Below, piece after piece: positions 9,841 to 20,611 of a stretch of DNA of 64,000 nt. Source of the stretch: Obrimoposthia wandeli (lineage: Eukaryota); assembly GCA_977020255.1 (NCBI GenBank), contig CDROCS010000122.1, positions 372,001-436,000 on the forward strand, read 5' to 3'. Position 1 is the first letter of the stretch; the number at the start of each line of letters is the position of its first letter. The translations under genes and the position numbers were made by a program. The notes below the pieces were generated by a model. The model saw nothing but the letters and a program-made list of their open reading frames with translations. It was not told where the DNA came from and did not search any database.

Positions 9841-10405
9841 AATAATCCCCTGTTGCACCACACGTTCTTACGCGACCAGTTAACTGATTAATCATAACTT
9901 TGACATCTTGGCTTGAATCTATATATAACCAGTAACTTCCTGCGTTGCTTGATGTGGCTCGAATAGGGTCAATCGTATAGCTAACAAAATTAGTTGATGC
10001 TTTTATCGATACTCTCTTGAAATCTTGACCATCAATGAGTGCAATCGCTGCATTTCTTGCAGAAGCTCGATCTATAACAACAGCTGCTTTCAACGTCACA
10101 GCAAGCACCCACTCGCCGTCATTTTTATAAAAAGTTTCGTTGCCGATATCACGTTTAAAATGCACTTCCAACTCTTCATTACGCATCACAGCTTCTGACT
10201 TCGCTTGAACCAACAACCACTCAATCTCGGTAGCTAACCGCTTCACTTTATTCGATTCGATTAAAGAGCTAAACGAAGGAGCTGCCGCAGAAACTAAAAT
10301 AGCGACGATTGCGAGAGTCATAATCAGTTCTAGCAGCGTAAAGCCAAGAACCTTCCAGCTATTAAAATGTATATGGTGTAATGATTGAACCATTTCGCGA
10401 GCCAT
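9818..10405 (-). CDS. fimT: Type IV minor pilin, FimT/GspH-like
   Basis: VLG/FTLLE prepilin motif, AKSEAVMRN and GRVRTC motifs; start codon uncertain (ATG 10405 chosen). Confidence 0.7.
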   Translation of the reverse strand: MAREMVQSLHHIHFNSWKVLGFTLLELIMTLAIVAILVSAAAPSFSSLIESNKVKRLATEIEWLLVQAKSEAVMRNEELEVHFKRDIGNETFYKNDGEWVLAVTLKAAVVIDRASARNAAIALIDGQDFKRVSIKASTNFVSYTIDPIRATSSNAGSYWLYIDSSQDVKVMINQLTGRVRTCGATGDYYGYKSCG

Positions 10406-10539
10406 TACCCAGTTCCCTTTATAAACATGTCGACAGTGCAAGTTCAACTTGATTCATATCGTATCACCAGAGCAAAATACCCCAGATTATAAAGAGATAA
10501 TTATCGAGTGAATTCGAATATTAGAGGAAGGAGTAGTCA

Positions 10540-10920
10540 ATGAATGAACAAAAAGGCGTGACACTGATCGAGTTACTTGTCGTTGTAGCAATTATTGGCC
10601 TATTAACTGCTATTGCTTACCCTTCTTATCAATCACATGTTTTGAAGAGTTATCGCAATCAAGCGATGGGGGATTTGGTGATGATTCAATTAGAAATTGA
10701 AAGTAATCGAACAAGTGGTACCGCTTACCCAAGTTCAATATTGCCCACTCTCTGTACTGCATGTGACAATAGTGGGGAACGGTATGACTATACAATTACA
10801 AAAACGACAACCTCATACACTTTAACTGCAACAAAAACTCCATTACAAGCCCCTGATTCTTGTGGCCATCTGACGTTAAAAAGTACGGGCGAGACAACAC
10901 CGCCGAACTGTTGGAAGTAG
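10540..10920 (+). CDS. pilE: Type IV minor pilin, PilE-like
   Basis: QKG/VTLIE prepilin motif, IAYPSYQ and D-x-CG-x-L motifs; strong SD GGAG; divergent from fimT. Confidence 0.8.
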   Translation: MNEQKGVTLIELLVVVAIIGLLTAIAYPSYQSHVLKSYRNQAMGDLVMIQLEIESNRTSGTAYPSSILPTLCTACDNSGERYDYTITKTTTSYTLTATKTPLQAPDSCGHLTLKSTGETTPPNCWK

Positions 10921-10946
10921 TATTACAATCTAATATGGCTGAAAAT

Positions 10947-10973
10947 AAAAAAGCCAGCTTGCGCTGGCTTCTT
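10947..10973. terminator. Bidirectional terminator between pilE and dnaJ
   Basis: aaaaaagccagc-ttgc-gctggcttctt between convergent genes. Confidence 0.75.
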
Positions 10974-10999
10974 AAATTCATTTAACTCAGCAATTAATA

Positions 11000-12142
11000 T
11001 TAGCCCGTTAAATCATCAAAAAATTTCTTCACACCATTGAAGAAACCTTCAGACTTTGGCTTATGCTTACTTGCTGCATTTCCCCCAAAGCTTTCTTCTA
11101 GCTCTTTAAGTAGCTCTTTTTGATGAGTACTTAAATTAATAGGGGTTTCAACAACGAGCTTACAAATCAAATCGCCAACCGCACCGCCGCGTACAGACTT
11201 AACGCCTTTACCACGCATACGGAACATACGTCCGGTTTGTGTTTCTGATGGTACTTTTAGATTTACGCGACCATTCAAAGTTGGTACTTCTACTTCACCA
11301 CCAACGGCAGCCATCGTAAAGCTAACAGGTACTTCGCAATATAGGTTGTTGCCATCACGTTCAAAAATTGAATGCTCTGCAACATGTACCTGTACATACA
11401 AATCACCAGCTGGTGCACCAAACTCGCCTGCTTCACCTTCGCCAGAAAGACGAATACGATCACCCGTATCAACACCCGCTGGGATCTTAACAGACAATGT
11501 TTTGGTTTTTTCAACTCGACCTTGACCATGACATGAATTACATGGGTCTTTAATGATCTTGCCGCGACCGTGACAATGTGGACAAGCTTGCTGTACAGCA
11601 AAGAAGCCTTGACGCATTTGTACTTGGCCTTGACCATGACAAGTGCCACACGTTGTTGCTGATGAACCTTTCTTGGCACCAGAACCGTCACACGAATCAC
11701 AACCAACCAATGTTGGTACACGGATTTCTTTAGAACAGCCGCGAACAGCTTCTTCTAATGTCAGTTCCATGTTGTAGCGAAGATCGGAACCGCGTTGAGC
11801 ACGCGACTGTTGACGTCGACCACCGCCGCCGCCACCGAAAATATCGCCAAATACATCACCGAAGATGTCACCGAAATCAGCGCCGCCGCCACCACCGTAG
11901 CCACCGCCGCCGCCACCTTGTTCAAAAGCTGCATGACCGTATTGATCGTATGCTGCTTTCTTTTGAGGATCGGTCAGAATTTCATACGCAGTTTTGACTT
12001 CTTTAAATTTATCAGAAGCATCTGCTTCCTGATTACGATCAGGGTGAAATTTCATTGCAAGGCGTTTATAAGCCTTTTTAATGTCACGTTCTCCGGCGTC
12101 TCGACCAACACCAAGAACTTCATAAAAATCGCGTTTTGACAT
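11000..12142 (-). CDS. dnaJ: Chaperone DnaJ
   Basis: J-domain with HPD, G/F region and four CxxCxGxG zinc-finger repeats. Confidence 0.98.
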   Translation of the reverse strand: MSKRDFYEVLGVGRDAGERDIKKAYKRLAMKFHPDRNQEADASDKFKEVKTAYEILTDPQKKAAYDQYGHAAFEQGGGGGGYGGGGGADFGDIFGDVFGDIFGGGGGGRRQQSRAQRGSDLRYNMELTLEEAVRGCSKEIRVPTLVGCDSCDGSGAKKGSSATTCGTCHGQGQVQMRQGFFAVQQACPHCHGRGKIIKDPCNSCHGQGRVEKTKTLSVKIPAGVDTGDRIRLSGEGEAGEFGAPAGDLYVQVHVAEHSIFERDGNNLYCEVPVSFTMAAVGGEVEVPTLNGRVNLKVPSETQTGRMFRMRGKGVKSVRGGAVGDLICKLVVETPINLSTHQKELLKELEESFGGNAASKHKPKSEGFFNGVKKFFDDLTG

Positions 12143-12230
12143 ACTTAACTGTCACCTGCTTTAAATACAGCTACGGGCGATAGAGTAACCCCTAACGCCC
12201 GTTCGAAAATAAGATTATGAATTAACTATC

Positions 12231-14150
12231 TTATTTTTTTTCGTCTTTTACTTCTTCGAACTCAGCATCAACAACGTTGTCGTCTTGCTTTGCTTCTTGC
12301 TCGCCTTCACCGCTTGGTGCTTGCTGAGCTTGAGCTTTCTGTTGAGCGATTTCCATCAGCTTCTGAGAAGCAGCAACTAGCGCTTGAACTTTCGCGTCGA
12401 TTGCTTCTTTATCTTCAGATTTACGTGCTTCTTCTAATTCAGAAACAGCCGCTTCGATTTTCTCTTTGTCTTCAGCTGGTAGTGCTTCGCCAGCTTCTTC
12501 AACTTGCTTACGAGTGCCGTGAATTAGCTGATCAGCTTGGTTACGAGCCGTTACTAACTCTTCGAACTTCTTGTCCGATTCTTTGTTAGCTTCAGCTTCT
12601 TGAACCATTTTCTCGATATCTTCGTCGGTTAGGCCGCTTGAAGATTGAATCGTAATCTTTTGCTCTTTACCTGTGCTCTTATCTTTAGCAGATACGTGCA
12701 AGATACCATCAGCATCTAGGTCAAATACTACTTCGATTTGTGGCATACCACGAGCAGCAGCTTGAATACCTTCAAGGTTAAACTGACCTAGTGATTTGTT
12801 GTAGCTAGATTGCTTACGCTCACCCTGAAGAACGTGGATAGTTACCGCGCTCTGGTTGTCTTCTGCAGTAGAGAAAACTTGGTTCGCTTTCGTTGGAATC
12901 GTTGTGTTCTTCTCGATCAGTTTAGTCATAACACCACCCATGGTTTCGATACCAAGAGATAGTGGTGTTACGTCAAGAAGAAGTACATCTTTCACGTCAC
13001 CCGCAAGAACACCAGCTTGAACCGCCGCGCCTACAGCAACAGCTTCATCAGGGTTTACGTCTTTACGTGCTTCTTTACCAAAGAACTCAGCAACTTTTGC
13101 TTGAACCATAGGCATACGAGTTTGACCACCAACAACGATTACGTCAGTGATTTCGCTTACCGATAGACCAGCATCAGAAAGAGCAACTTTTAGAGGCTCA
13201 AGAGTACGCTGTACAAGATCTTCAACTAGAGACTCAAGCTTTGCACGAGTCACTTTGATGTTCATGTGCTTAGGACCAGTTGCATCTGCAGTGATGTAAG
13301 GAAGATTCACATCAGTTTGTTGTGCAGAAGAAAGCTCAATTTTCGCTTTCTCAGCAGCTTCTTTAAGACGCTGCATTGCAAGAGGATCGTTGCGAAGATC
13401 CATGCCTTGGTCTTTTTTGAATTCTTCAACTAAGTAGTTGATCATGCGGTTATCGAAATCTTCACCACCAAGGTGTGTATCACCGTTAGTTGAAAGTACT
13501 TCGAACGTCTTCTCGCCTTCTACTTCATCAATTTCGATGATAGAGATATCGAATGTACCACCACCAAGGTCGTAAACTGCGATAGTGCGATCGCCGCCTT
13601 TCTTATCAAGACCGTAAGCAAGTGCTGCTGCTGTTGGTTCGTTGATAATACGCTTAACTTCTAGACCTGCGATACGACCAGCATCTTTCGTTGCTTGACG
13701 CTGAGCATCGTTAAAGTATGCAGGAACAGTAATAACTGCGCCTGTTACTTCTTCGCCTAGGAAGTCTTCAGCTGTTTTCTTCATTTTCTTAAGAATTTCA
13801 GCAGATACTTGAGGAGCAGCCATTTTTTGGCCTTTCGCTTCTACCCATGCATCGCCGTTGTCCGCTTTAACGATTTTGAAAGGCATGATTTTAAGGTCAC
13901 GCTGAACTTCTTCATCTTCAAAGCGACGACCGATTAGACGCTTAATTGCGTATAATGTGTTCTCTGGGTTCGTTATCGCTTGGCGCTTAGCTGGTTGACC
14001 AACTAGCGTTTCACCATCTTGGGTGTAAGCAACAACAGATGCCGTAGTACGTTCACCTTCCGCATTTTCAATTACGCGCGGTTTGTCGCCATCAAGTACT
14101 GCTACACAAGAGTTAGTTGTACCCAAGTCAATACCAATAATTCTACCCAT
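12231..14150 (-). CDS. dnaK: Chaperone DnaK (Hsp70)
   Basis: [18 protein letters not shown] and DLGGGTFD motifs; C-terminal DAEFEEV. Confidence 0.99.
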   Translation of the reverse strand: MGRIIGIDLGTTNSCVAVLDGDKPRVIENAEGERTTASVVAYTQDGETLVGQPAKRQAITNPENTLYAIKRLIGRRFEDEEVQRDLKIMPFKIVKADNGDAWVEAKGQKMAAPQVSAEILKKMKKTAEDFLGEEVTGAVITVPAYFNDAQRQATKDAGRIAGLEVKRIINEPTAAALAYGLDKKGGDRTIAVYDLGGGTFDISIIEIDEVEGEKTFEVLSTNGDTHLGGEDFDNRMINYLVEEFKKDQGMDLRNDPLAMQRLKEAAEKAKIELSSAQQTDVNLPYITADATGPKHMNIKVTRAKLESLVEDLVQRTLEPLKVALSDAGLSVSEITDVIVVGGQTRMPMVQAKVAEFFGKEARKDVNPDEAVAVGAAVQAGVLAGDVKDVLLLDVTPLSLGIETMGGVMTKLIEKNTTIPTKANQVFSTAEDNQSAVTIHVLQGERKQSSYNKSLGQFNLEGIQAAARGMPQIEVVFDLDADGILHVSAKDKSTGKEQKITIQSSSGLTDEDIEKMVQEAEANKESDKKFEELVTARNQADQLIHGTRKQVEEAGEALPAEDKEKIEAAVSELEEARKSEDKEAIDAKVQALVAASQKLMEIAQQKAQAQQAPSGEGEQEAKQDDNVVDAEFEEVKDEKK

Positions 14151-14257
14151 CAGGCTTTCTCTCCGAAATTCATTTAATTTTACAAGCGCGTCCGAAATGA
14201 ACGTCGCTATATGGGGTATACCCAGACAAAATATGTTTACGATGTCGTATGATTACT

Positions 14258-14285
14258 AAATAAGGCCAATCATCCCCATTTCAAG
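14258..14285 (-). promoter_or_regulatory. Sigma32 heat-shock promoter of dnaK
   Basis: CTTGAAA-13 bp-CCTTATTT (consensus CTTGAAA-N13/14-CCCCATNT). Confidence 0.65.
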
Positions 14286-14316
14286 GGGCAACACCTAAAA
14301 AATATCAAAATAAAAT

Positions 14317-14342
14317 AAAAAACCCACCGTAGTGGGTCTTTT
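14317..14342 (-). terminator. Terminator after grpE
   Basis: Hairpin acccac/gtggg with a T-run on the minus strand. Confidence 0.55.
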
Positions 14343-14358
14343 TAAAGCATTTATACAA

Positions 14359-14979
14359 TTATGCTTGCATATCTACACTGCCAGCAGCAGCTTTAGATAC
14401 CATTACCATTGCAGGACGAATAATACGGCCATTTAGCTCATAACCTTTCTGCATAACAAGCATGACAGTATTTGGTTCATGCTCTGCACTTTCCTGAATA
14501 GACATTGCTTGATGGAATTCAGGGTTAAATGCTTCACCTACAGGGTTGTGCTGCTTCAGGCCGAATTTCTCAACAGTTGCCATCATTGTCTTAAGCGTTA
14601 GTTCAACACCTTCAATCATTGACTTCAATGCTTCGTCATTCTTATCGGCCATCTCGATAGCACGCTCAAGATTATCGATAACAGGCAATAACTCTTCGGT
14701 AAATTTATTCAATGCAAATTTACGTGCTTTATCGATTTCTACTTCTGAACGTCGGCGAACATTTTCACCTTCAGCGCGAGCACGAAGTACATTATCGTGC
14801 GCTTCTTTTACTTTTGCATCACTCGTAAGTAAAGCTGCTTCTAATTCAGCAATACGTGCGATTTGCATTTCTTCAGCAGTAACTTCTACAAATTCTTCCT
14901 CAGCAGAAACAGTCTCAGCCGCTTCTACAGTCTCTTGCTGCAGCTGTTCATCCTGTAGTTTTTTGTCTTCATTGTTCAT
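14359..14979 (-). CDS. grpE: Nucleotide exchange factor GrpE
   Basis: [33 protein letters not shown] and GRIIRPAMV motifs. Confidence 0.97.
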   Translation of the reverse strand: MNNEDKKLQDEQLQQETVEAAETVSAEEEFVEVTAEEMQIARIAELEAALLTSDAKVKEAHDNVLRARAEGENVRRRSEVEIDKARKFALNKFTEELLPVIDNLERAIEMADKNDEALKSMIEGVELTLKTMMATVEKFGLKQHNPVGEAFNPEFHQAMSIQESAEHEPNTVMLVMQKGYELNGRIIRPAMVMVSKAAAGSVDMQA

Positions 14980-15084
14980 GCTTTTACTTCTCCGCCAAGA
15001 TACTGATGTATTTTAAATACAATTGTTCACAAATTTGAGTCGATAAACCAGTATTATCTGCTCAAAAAAACATTCATGTGCCTA

Positions 15085-15112
15085 TTATGGGGATGAACTT
15101 CAATGATTCAAG
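15085..15112 (-). promoter_or_regulatory. Sigma32 heat-shock promoter of grpE
   Basis: CTTGAA-14 bp-CCCCATAA, near consensus. Confidence 0.8.
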
Positions 15113-15191
15113 CAGAGTTCGCTAACAAAGCGCGACAAGTCTCTAAACCTAAGGCTATACTGGCTTCACTATCATTTGTCGGATCAAGGAC

Positions 15192-16073
15192 ATGAAGCGC
15201 ATTTTTCAAACAATCGCGTTAATTGGTAAGCCAAGAAACCCAGATGCTCTGCAAACTCACAAAACCCTCTTTGACTGGTTAACAAGCAAAGGTTACGACG
15301 TGTTAGTCGATCATCGATTAGCGAACGACCTTGATGTGCCTCATGACTGTTTGTGCGATTTGCTTACTATTGGTGATAAAGCGAACCTCGCGATTGTCGT
15401 CGGTGGCGATGGCAACATGTTAGGCGCGGCGCGCGTGCTATCGCGTTTCGACATCGCTGTGATTGGTGTTAACCGTGGTAATTTAGGTTTTCTGACCGAT
15501 CTTGCTCCAGAAAGCTTCAAAGAAGAACTAACCCGCGTATTAGAGGGTGAGTTTGTAACAGAACGTCGCTTTTTATTAGAAGCAGAAGTACATCGTCACG
15601 GACAAATAAAAAGCCGGAACGCCGCATTAAACGAAGCTGTATTACACCCAGATAAGATCGCTCACATGATCGAATTTGAAGTGTATATCGATGATAACTT
15701 CGCCTTCTCTCAACGTTCTGATGGTTTGATCATTGCAACCCCGACAGGCTCAACGGCCTATTCGCTGTCTGGTGGTGGTCCTATTCTGTCACCAAGTTTA
15801 AATGCGATTGCCTTAGTGCCGATGTTTCCACATACACTATCAAGTCGTCCTTTAGTGGTCGATGGTAATAGTTGTATCAAATTATTGGTGTCGCCAGACA
15901 ACGGCAGTACATTAGAAGTGAGTTGTGATGGGCAAGTTTCACTGCCTGTGAGCCCAGGGGATGAAGTGCATATCTATCAAAGCCCTGAGCAATTACAGCT
16001 TATCCACCCTAAGAATTATAACTACTACGGTGTACTCCGCGCCAAACTGAATTGGTCAAGTAAACTGTTTTAA
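15192..16073 (+). CDS. nadK: NAD kinase
   Basis: [15 protein letters not shown] and [14 protein letters not shown] motifs; conserved grpE-nadK-recN synteny. Confidence 0.97.
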   Translation: MKRIFQTIALIGKPRNPDALQTHKTLFDWLTSKGYDVLVDHRLANDLDVPHDCLCDLLTIGDKANLAIVVGGDGNMLGAARVLSRFDIAVIGVNRGNLGFLTDLAPESFKEELTRVLEGEFVTERRFLLEAEVHRHGQIKSRNAALNEAVLHPDKIAHMIEFEVYIDDNFAFSQRSDGLIIATPTGSTAYSLSGGGPILSPSLNAIALVPMFPHTLSSRPLVVDGNSCIKLLVSPDNGSTLEVSCDGQVSLPVSPGDEVHIYQSPEQLQLIHPKNYNYYGVLRAKLNWSSKLF

Positions 16074-16099
16074 TCACAACTCTGTTTTCTGAAAGCATA

Positions 16100-16128
16100 A
16101 AGCCAGCATCTTATTGCTGGTTTTTTAT
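16100..16128 (+). terminator. Terminator after nadK
   Basis: aagccagca-tcttat-tgctggttt followed by a T-run. Confidence 0.7.
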
Positions 16129-16192
16129 TACCTGAAATTCATCGACTTACCCTGCATGCTTTTTTCATCAAATATTTCCATACAGTACTTTA

Positions 16193-16230
16193 CTGTACGT
16201 CGATACAGTATATACTGTATGAAAACACAG
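16193..16230. promoter_or_regulatory. Two tandem LexA (SOS) boxes upstream of recN
   Basis: CTGTACGTCGATACAG (16193-16208) and CTGTATGAAAACACAG (16215-16230) both fit CTG-N10-CAG. Confidence 0.85.
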
Positions 16231-16254
16231 GTGTTGATTTAAACAGGTGAACAC

Positions 16255-17922
16255 ATGCTTTCTCATATGACTATCTCCAATTTTGCTATTGTCAAAAACC
16301 TAGAATTTGAACTCAAGTCAGGAATGACCACCATTACTGGCGAAACCGGTGCAGGTAAATCGATCGCGATTGATGCGCTTGGTCTCTGCCTTGGCGATCG
16401 CGCTGAAGCGTCTATGGTTCGCCCTAATGAAGATAAAGCAGAACTTTCTGCCACATTCTCATTAAAAAATAACCAAGCAGCGCGTCGCTGGCTCGAAGAC
16501 AATGAATTGGTCGATGGTGAAGAATGTATTCTTCGCCGAGTGATAACAAAAGAAGGTCGTTCACGTGGGTTTATTAACGGCAGCCCTGTTCCGGCTTCTC
16601 AGCAGAAATCATTAGGGCAATTGTTGATCAATATTCACGGTCAACATGCACATCAACAGCTAATGCGTCCTGACTATCAACAGCAAATGTTGGATCAATA
16701 TGCTGGCCATCATCTATTGATGGATAAAACCCGTCAGGCTTATCAAAACTGGCGTCAGACGAATAATGAATTAAAGCGCCTAACTCAAAATCGTGAAAGA
16801 AATGAAGCACAAAAACAGCTTATTCAATACCAAGTAAAAGAACTGCATGATTTAGCACTTGGCGAAGATGAATACAGCGAGATAGAAGAAGAACATAGAC
16901 GCTTATCAAATAGCGGTGAACTTGCACTTTCGAGCCAAACTGCCCTGTCGATTTTATATGACAACGATGATGGCAATGCCTTACAGCTGCTTCAAATGGC
17001 AAGCCAGCAAGTCGTATCATTAGGTGAGTTCGATAATAGCTTGAGTGCTATTCCACAAATGCTGGAAGATGCCATTATCCAAGTTCAGGAAGCTAGCCAA
17101 GAGCTACGGGGCTATTTAGATAATCTGGATATGGACCCTCAACGTTTAGTCTATCTAGAAGAGCGCATTGCTAAAATTTTATCGTTGGCACGTAAGCATT
17201 ACGTTATGCCCAACGAACTGTTCCAGAAATACCAAGATCTACTCAAAGAGCTAGAACAACTTGATTGTAGCGATGAGCGACTGGAAGAGCTTGCAGAGCT
17301 TGTTGAAAATAAGCGTCAGGTATTTTTAGCAACAGCAGAAAAACTCAGTAAAAGTCGTCAGCGTTATGCCAAAGAGCTTGATAAAAAGATCTCTTGCAGC
17401 ATGCATGAACTCAGCATGGAACATGGCATCTTTAAAATTGACGTACAGAATGATGCAGAAGGCATGTTAAGCCCACTAGGCTTCGACACCATCACCTTCT
17501 TAGTATCGACCAACCCAGGTCAGCCGCTGCAACCCTTAGGCAAAGTCGCATCTGGCGGTGAGTTATCGCGTATATCGTTAGCCATTCAAGTGATAACAGC
17601 CCAAAAAATAGAAACACCCAGCCTTATATTCGATGAAGTCGATGTCGGTATTAGTGGCCCAACAGCCGCAATTGTCGGAAAAATGCTGCGTACTTTAGGT
17701 AATTCAACCCAAGTCATGTGTGTAACACACTTACCGCAAGTTGCAGGTTGTGGCCACCAGCAGATGTTTGTCGCCAAGAAAAGTACCAAAGGGCAAACAG
17801 AAACAAGCATGTGCCCTTTAAATGACGACGCACGTGTTGCCGAGCTAGCAAGATTACTGGGCGGAAGTGAGATTACCGACCGTACGCTAGCGAATGCGAA
17901 AGAATTACTGATTGCAGCATAA
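16255..17922 (+). CDS. recN: DNA repair protein RecN
   Basis: GETGAGKS Walker A, ASGGELSR signature and FDEVD Walker B motifs. Confidence 0.97.
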   Translation: MLSHMTISNFAIVKNLEFELKSGMTTITGETGAGKSIAIDALGLCLGDRAEASMVRPNEDKAELSATFSLKNNQAARRWLEDNELVDGEECILRRVITKEGRSRGFINGSPVPASQQKSLGQLLINIHGQHAHQQLMRPDYQQQMLDQYAGHHLLMDKTRQAYQNWRQTNNELKRLTQNRERNEAQKQLIQYQVKELHDLALGEDEYSEIEEEHRRLSNSGELALSSQTALSILYDNDDGNALQLLQMASQQVVSLGEFDNSLSAIPQMLEDAIIQVQEASQELRGYLDNLDMDPQRLVYLEERIAKILSLARKHYVMPNELFQKYQDLLKELEQLDCSDERLEELAELVENKRQVFLATAEKLSKSRQRYAKELDKKISCSMHELSMEHGIFKIDVQNDAEGMLSPLGFDTITFLVSTNPGQPLQPLGKVASGGELSRISLAIQVITAQKIETPSLIFDEVDVGISGPTAAIVGKMLRTLGNSTQVMCVTHLPQVAGCGHQQMFVAKKSTKGQTETSMCPLNDDARVAELARLLGGSEITDRTLANAKELLIAA

Positions 17923-18124
17923 ATATTGATATAAATTAGCATTATGTTCTGATTAATGAGACATATCGCTAATCATTTTGGCTAAGATGAAATAAACTGA
18001 AGTAGAAATGCAACTATAGGGGCTGACAGCAGTCTCAATTAGAGTTTTTTCTTTACCACTTTTTTTACTTCTGCTTTGACCTTGTTTATCATCGCAGCAG
18101 TTAAAGCTAAAAAGCCAGGATGCT

Positions 18125-18481
18125 ATGAGTTGGAAAAATATCGCCGCACTAACACTAGCGTTAAGCTTACTTAGTGGTTGCTCAGTAATTGAGAAATTGG
18201 TTTACCGTATTGATATCAACCAAGGTAACTACCTTGAGCAATCTGATATTGATACGCTTCGAATGGGCATGAACAAAGAACAAGTACGTTATGTACTAGG
18301 TTCACCAATGCTTGTAGAGCCAAGCTACCCTGATACTTGGTATTACGTGTATTACCAACAACCAGGCCATGAAGACAGCGTACAAAAGAATTTGATTTTG
18401 GCGTTTGATGCTCAGAACAAGTTGACTGGAATGAAAGGTGATTATCAGCCTGGTCCAAACTTCTTAACTGCCATCAATTAA
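18125..18481 (+). CDS. bamE: Outer-membrane assembly lipoprotein BamE (SmpA)
   Basis: Lipobox LSGC, YRIDINQGN and GMNKEQVRYVLGSP motifs. Confidence 0.93.
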   Translation: MSWKNIAALTLALSLLSGCSVIEKLVYRIDINQGNYLEQSDIDTLRMGMNKEQVRYVLGSPMLVEPSYPDTWYYVYYQQPGHEDSVQKNLILAFDAQNKLTGMKGDYQPGPNFLTAIN

Positions 18482-18484
18482 TGA

Positions 18485-18511
18485 AAAAGCTCGCATTGGC
18501 GAGCTTTTTCT
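18485..18511. terminator. Bidirectional terminator between bamE and ratB
   Basis: aaaagctcgc-attg-gcgagcttttt. Confidence 0.8.
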
Positions 18512-18553
18512 TTTCTGCTTCAAGAGCGACAAACAAACCACGTGGCTACCGTT

Positions 18554-18880
18554 TTACTTCGCCTCAGATTTTGCTTTTAATGCTTCTTTTTTTGCCTGTT
18601 CAGCACGCTTGCGACGGATCTCTTTCGGATCGGCAAGTAAAGGTCGATAAATTTCTATCCTATCGCCATCACGTACCGTCGCATTGAGTTTTACATTACG
18701 ACTGTACACACCGATCTTATTTTTCTTCAAATCGATCTCTGGGAACATCGCCAATATACCGGATTGCTCTATGATCTCTTGAACATCCGTTTCTGAATTA
18801 ATCGCCAGCTTGATCACTCGCTGATTATTAGGCAGAGCATATACAACCTCTACATGAATCAACTTATCATTAGAACTCAT
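18554..18880 (-). CDS. ratB: RnfH/RatB ubiquitin-like protein
   Basis: [10 protein letters not shown] and [22 protein letters not shown] motifs; start ATG 18880 overlaps the ratA stop. Confidence 0.88.
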   Translation of the reverse strand: MSSNDKLIHVEVVYALPNNQRVIKLAINSETDVQEIIEQSGILAMFPEIDLKKNKIGVYSRNVKLNATVRDGDRIEIYRPLLADPKEIRRKRAEQAKKEALKAKSEAK

Positions 18881-19304
18881 AAATTTCTTTTGCTCGCTTG
18901 GTAAAGGCACTTACCATATTGCTCGTCAAATCGCGGAACACTTTACCAAATGCCGCATCTACCAATCCGTTTGTAAATTCAAAATCCAAATTCAGCTCAA
19001 TTTTACACGCAGTTGCATCAAGCTCGATGAATTTCCAGCCACCCACTAACTTCTGAAATGGGCCATCAACCAGCTGCATGTCGATGGTATTAAAATCAAT
19101 AAGCTGATTACGAGTCACAAAGGTTTTACGAATACCGCCTTTAGACACATCGACAGAAGCCATCATATGCGCATCAGAGCGTTCAATAATTTTAGTTCCT
19201 GAACATCCCGGTAAAAATGCAGGGTAAGATTCAACATCATTAACAAGTTCAAACATTTGCTGGGCACTAAACGGTACAAGTGCAGAGCGACTGATCTGAG
19301 GCAT
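18870..19304 (-). CDS. ratA: RatA/PasT/Coq10 START-domain protein
   Basis: [18 protein letters not shown] and [15 protein letters not shown] motifs; divergent from smpB. Confidence 0.92.
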   Translation of the reverse strand: MPQISRSALVPFSAQQMFELVNDVESYPAFLPGCSGTKIIERSDAHMMASVDVSKGGIRKTFVTRNQLIDFNTIDMQLVDGPFQKLVGGWKFIELDATACKIELNLDFEFTNGLVDAAFGKVFRDLTSNMVSAFTKRAKEIYEF

Positions 19305-19535
19305 AGTTTCTCCTTTAGCTTCACAGACCCCTCACACATAGATTTTAAAACGATAAAATCAAAATCTATGAGAAGAAGTGGCTCAATGATACCATTAGTC
19401 GGTAAACAGCCAAAATCAGAGCGAATACAGTTAAACTTTCAACAACATAACAACGTAGAAACCTGTATTACACTCTACTCGACCAAACTGATGAACATCT
19501 GTTTTGGGAATAGCAACATAAAGAATGGATACCCC

Positions 19536-20012
19536 ATGGCTAAGAAACCGAATAAGTCAGATAACACCATTGCTAAAAACCGTACCGCCAGACACGAATT
19601 TGCCATCCAAGATGATTATGAAGCCGGGCTTCAACTACAAGGCTGGGAAGTAAAAGCCATTCGTAACGGTAAAGTAAACATTGCTGAAAGCTATGTGTTT
19701 CTACGTGATGGTGAAGCATTTATTTCAGGTGTAACAATCACACCGCTGAATGCCGCCTCAACCCACGTTGTGGCCGATCCAACGCGTACTCGTAAACTAT
19801 TATTGAATCGCAAAGAAATCGATAAGCTAATGGGTGCGGTAAACCGTGAAGGTCAAACTATCGTTGCATTATCTATGTACTGGAAGGCATCTTGGGTTAA
19901 ACTAAAGATAGGTACAGCACGTGGTAAAAAGCTGCATGATAAGCGCGCAGATTCTAAGAGCCGAGACTGGGATCGTGATAAGCAGCGAATCATGAAACAC
20001 AGCACACGATAG
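19536..20012 (+). CDS. smpB: SsrA-binding protein SmpB
   Basis: [19 protein letters not shown] and [10 protein letters not shown] motifs; true start ATG 19536, and the ORF-track extension to 19257 is spurious. Confidence 0.97.
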   Translation: MAKKPNKSDNTIAKNRTARHEFAIQDDYEAGLQLQGWEVKAIRNGKVNIAESYVFLRDGEAFISGVTITPLNAASTHVVADPTRTRKLLLNRKEIDKLMGAVNREGQTIVALSMYWKASWVKLKIGTARGKKLHDKRADSKSRDWDRDKQRIMKHSTR

Positions 20013-20071
20013 TAAGAAAAACGTAAACTGATGGATTTTCATACACATCCACCACGTTAATCGTAATTTCG

Positions 20072-20099
20072 TTGACGTGAAAGATTTATATGCTACTAT
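20072..20099 (+). promoter_or_regulatory. Sigma70 promoter of ssrA
   Basis: TTGACG-16 bp-TACTAT, ending 19 nt upstream of the mature 5' end. Confidence 0.65.
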
Positions 20100-20117
20100 C
20101 CATCTTGTTACACCTCT

Positions 20118-20485
20118 GGGGCTGATTCAGGATTCGACAGGATCAAGAAAGCTTGTGGAGCATGCCGTGGGGCGGTTGGCCACGTAAAAAGCCGCAAAAA
20201 AATAGTCGCAAACGACGAAAACTTCGCACTAGCAGCTTAATAACCTGCTAGCGCACTTCTACCCTAGCTTCCGCTTGTAAGACGGGGATTCATAGAAGTT
20301 CAAACCCAAACGAGATAGCGAGGGAACCTTTGACTAGAGAGGTGAACCGCGAAATAGAATTCTGGTATGTATTTACATGGCGTGTCTGTTCGCAGTGTAC
20401 TTACGAGAATAAAGATAGACTAAGCATGTAGCGCCTATGGTTGGATTGCTCTTGGACGCGGGTTCAAATCCCGCCAGCTCCACCA
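20118..20485 (+). ncRNA. ssrA: tmRNA
   Basis: GGGGCTGATTCAGGATTCGAC start; tag frame 20208-20240 encodes ANDENFALAA*; ends GGTTCAAATCCCGCCAGCTCCACCA. Confidence 0.97.
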
Positions 20486-20495
20486 ATCGATTGGA

Positions 20496-20523
20496 AAAGG
20501 ACACCCTCGGGTGTCCTTTTTTG
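20496..20523 (+). terminator. Terminator after ssrA
   Basis: aaaaggacacc-ctcg-ggtgtcctttttt. Confidence 0.85.
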
Positions 20524-20611
20524 TATCTATCGTATAGTGAAATCATCTTAGAATCCTACTCTAGTGAGCTATACCAACCAAGTACACTGCCTATCTATCG
20601 ACCTCAAGACC

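Noticed and set aside
10448-10539. Possible CRP or CRP-S competence site between fimT and pilE
   Set aside because: No match to TGTGA/TGCGA-N6-TCACA/TCGCA with correct spacing was found by eye.
12173-12202. Hairpin between dnaK and dnaJ as a terminator
   Set aside because: No U-tract follows it on the coding strand; it is more likely an mRNA stability or processing element and is unremarkable.
11290-17942. Long antisense or alternative-frame ORFs over dnaJ, dnaK, grpE and recN (e.g. 11795-12139, 14546-15016, 17586-17942)
   Set aside because: These are expected by-products of codon bias in conserved genes, with no SD or recognisable domain.
19257-19535. 93-codon N-terminal extension of SmpB
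   Set aside because: It overlaps the divergent ratA gene and its promoter region; the conserved SmpB sequence starts at ATG 19536.
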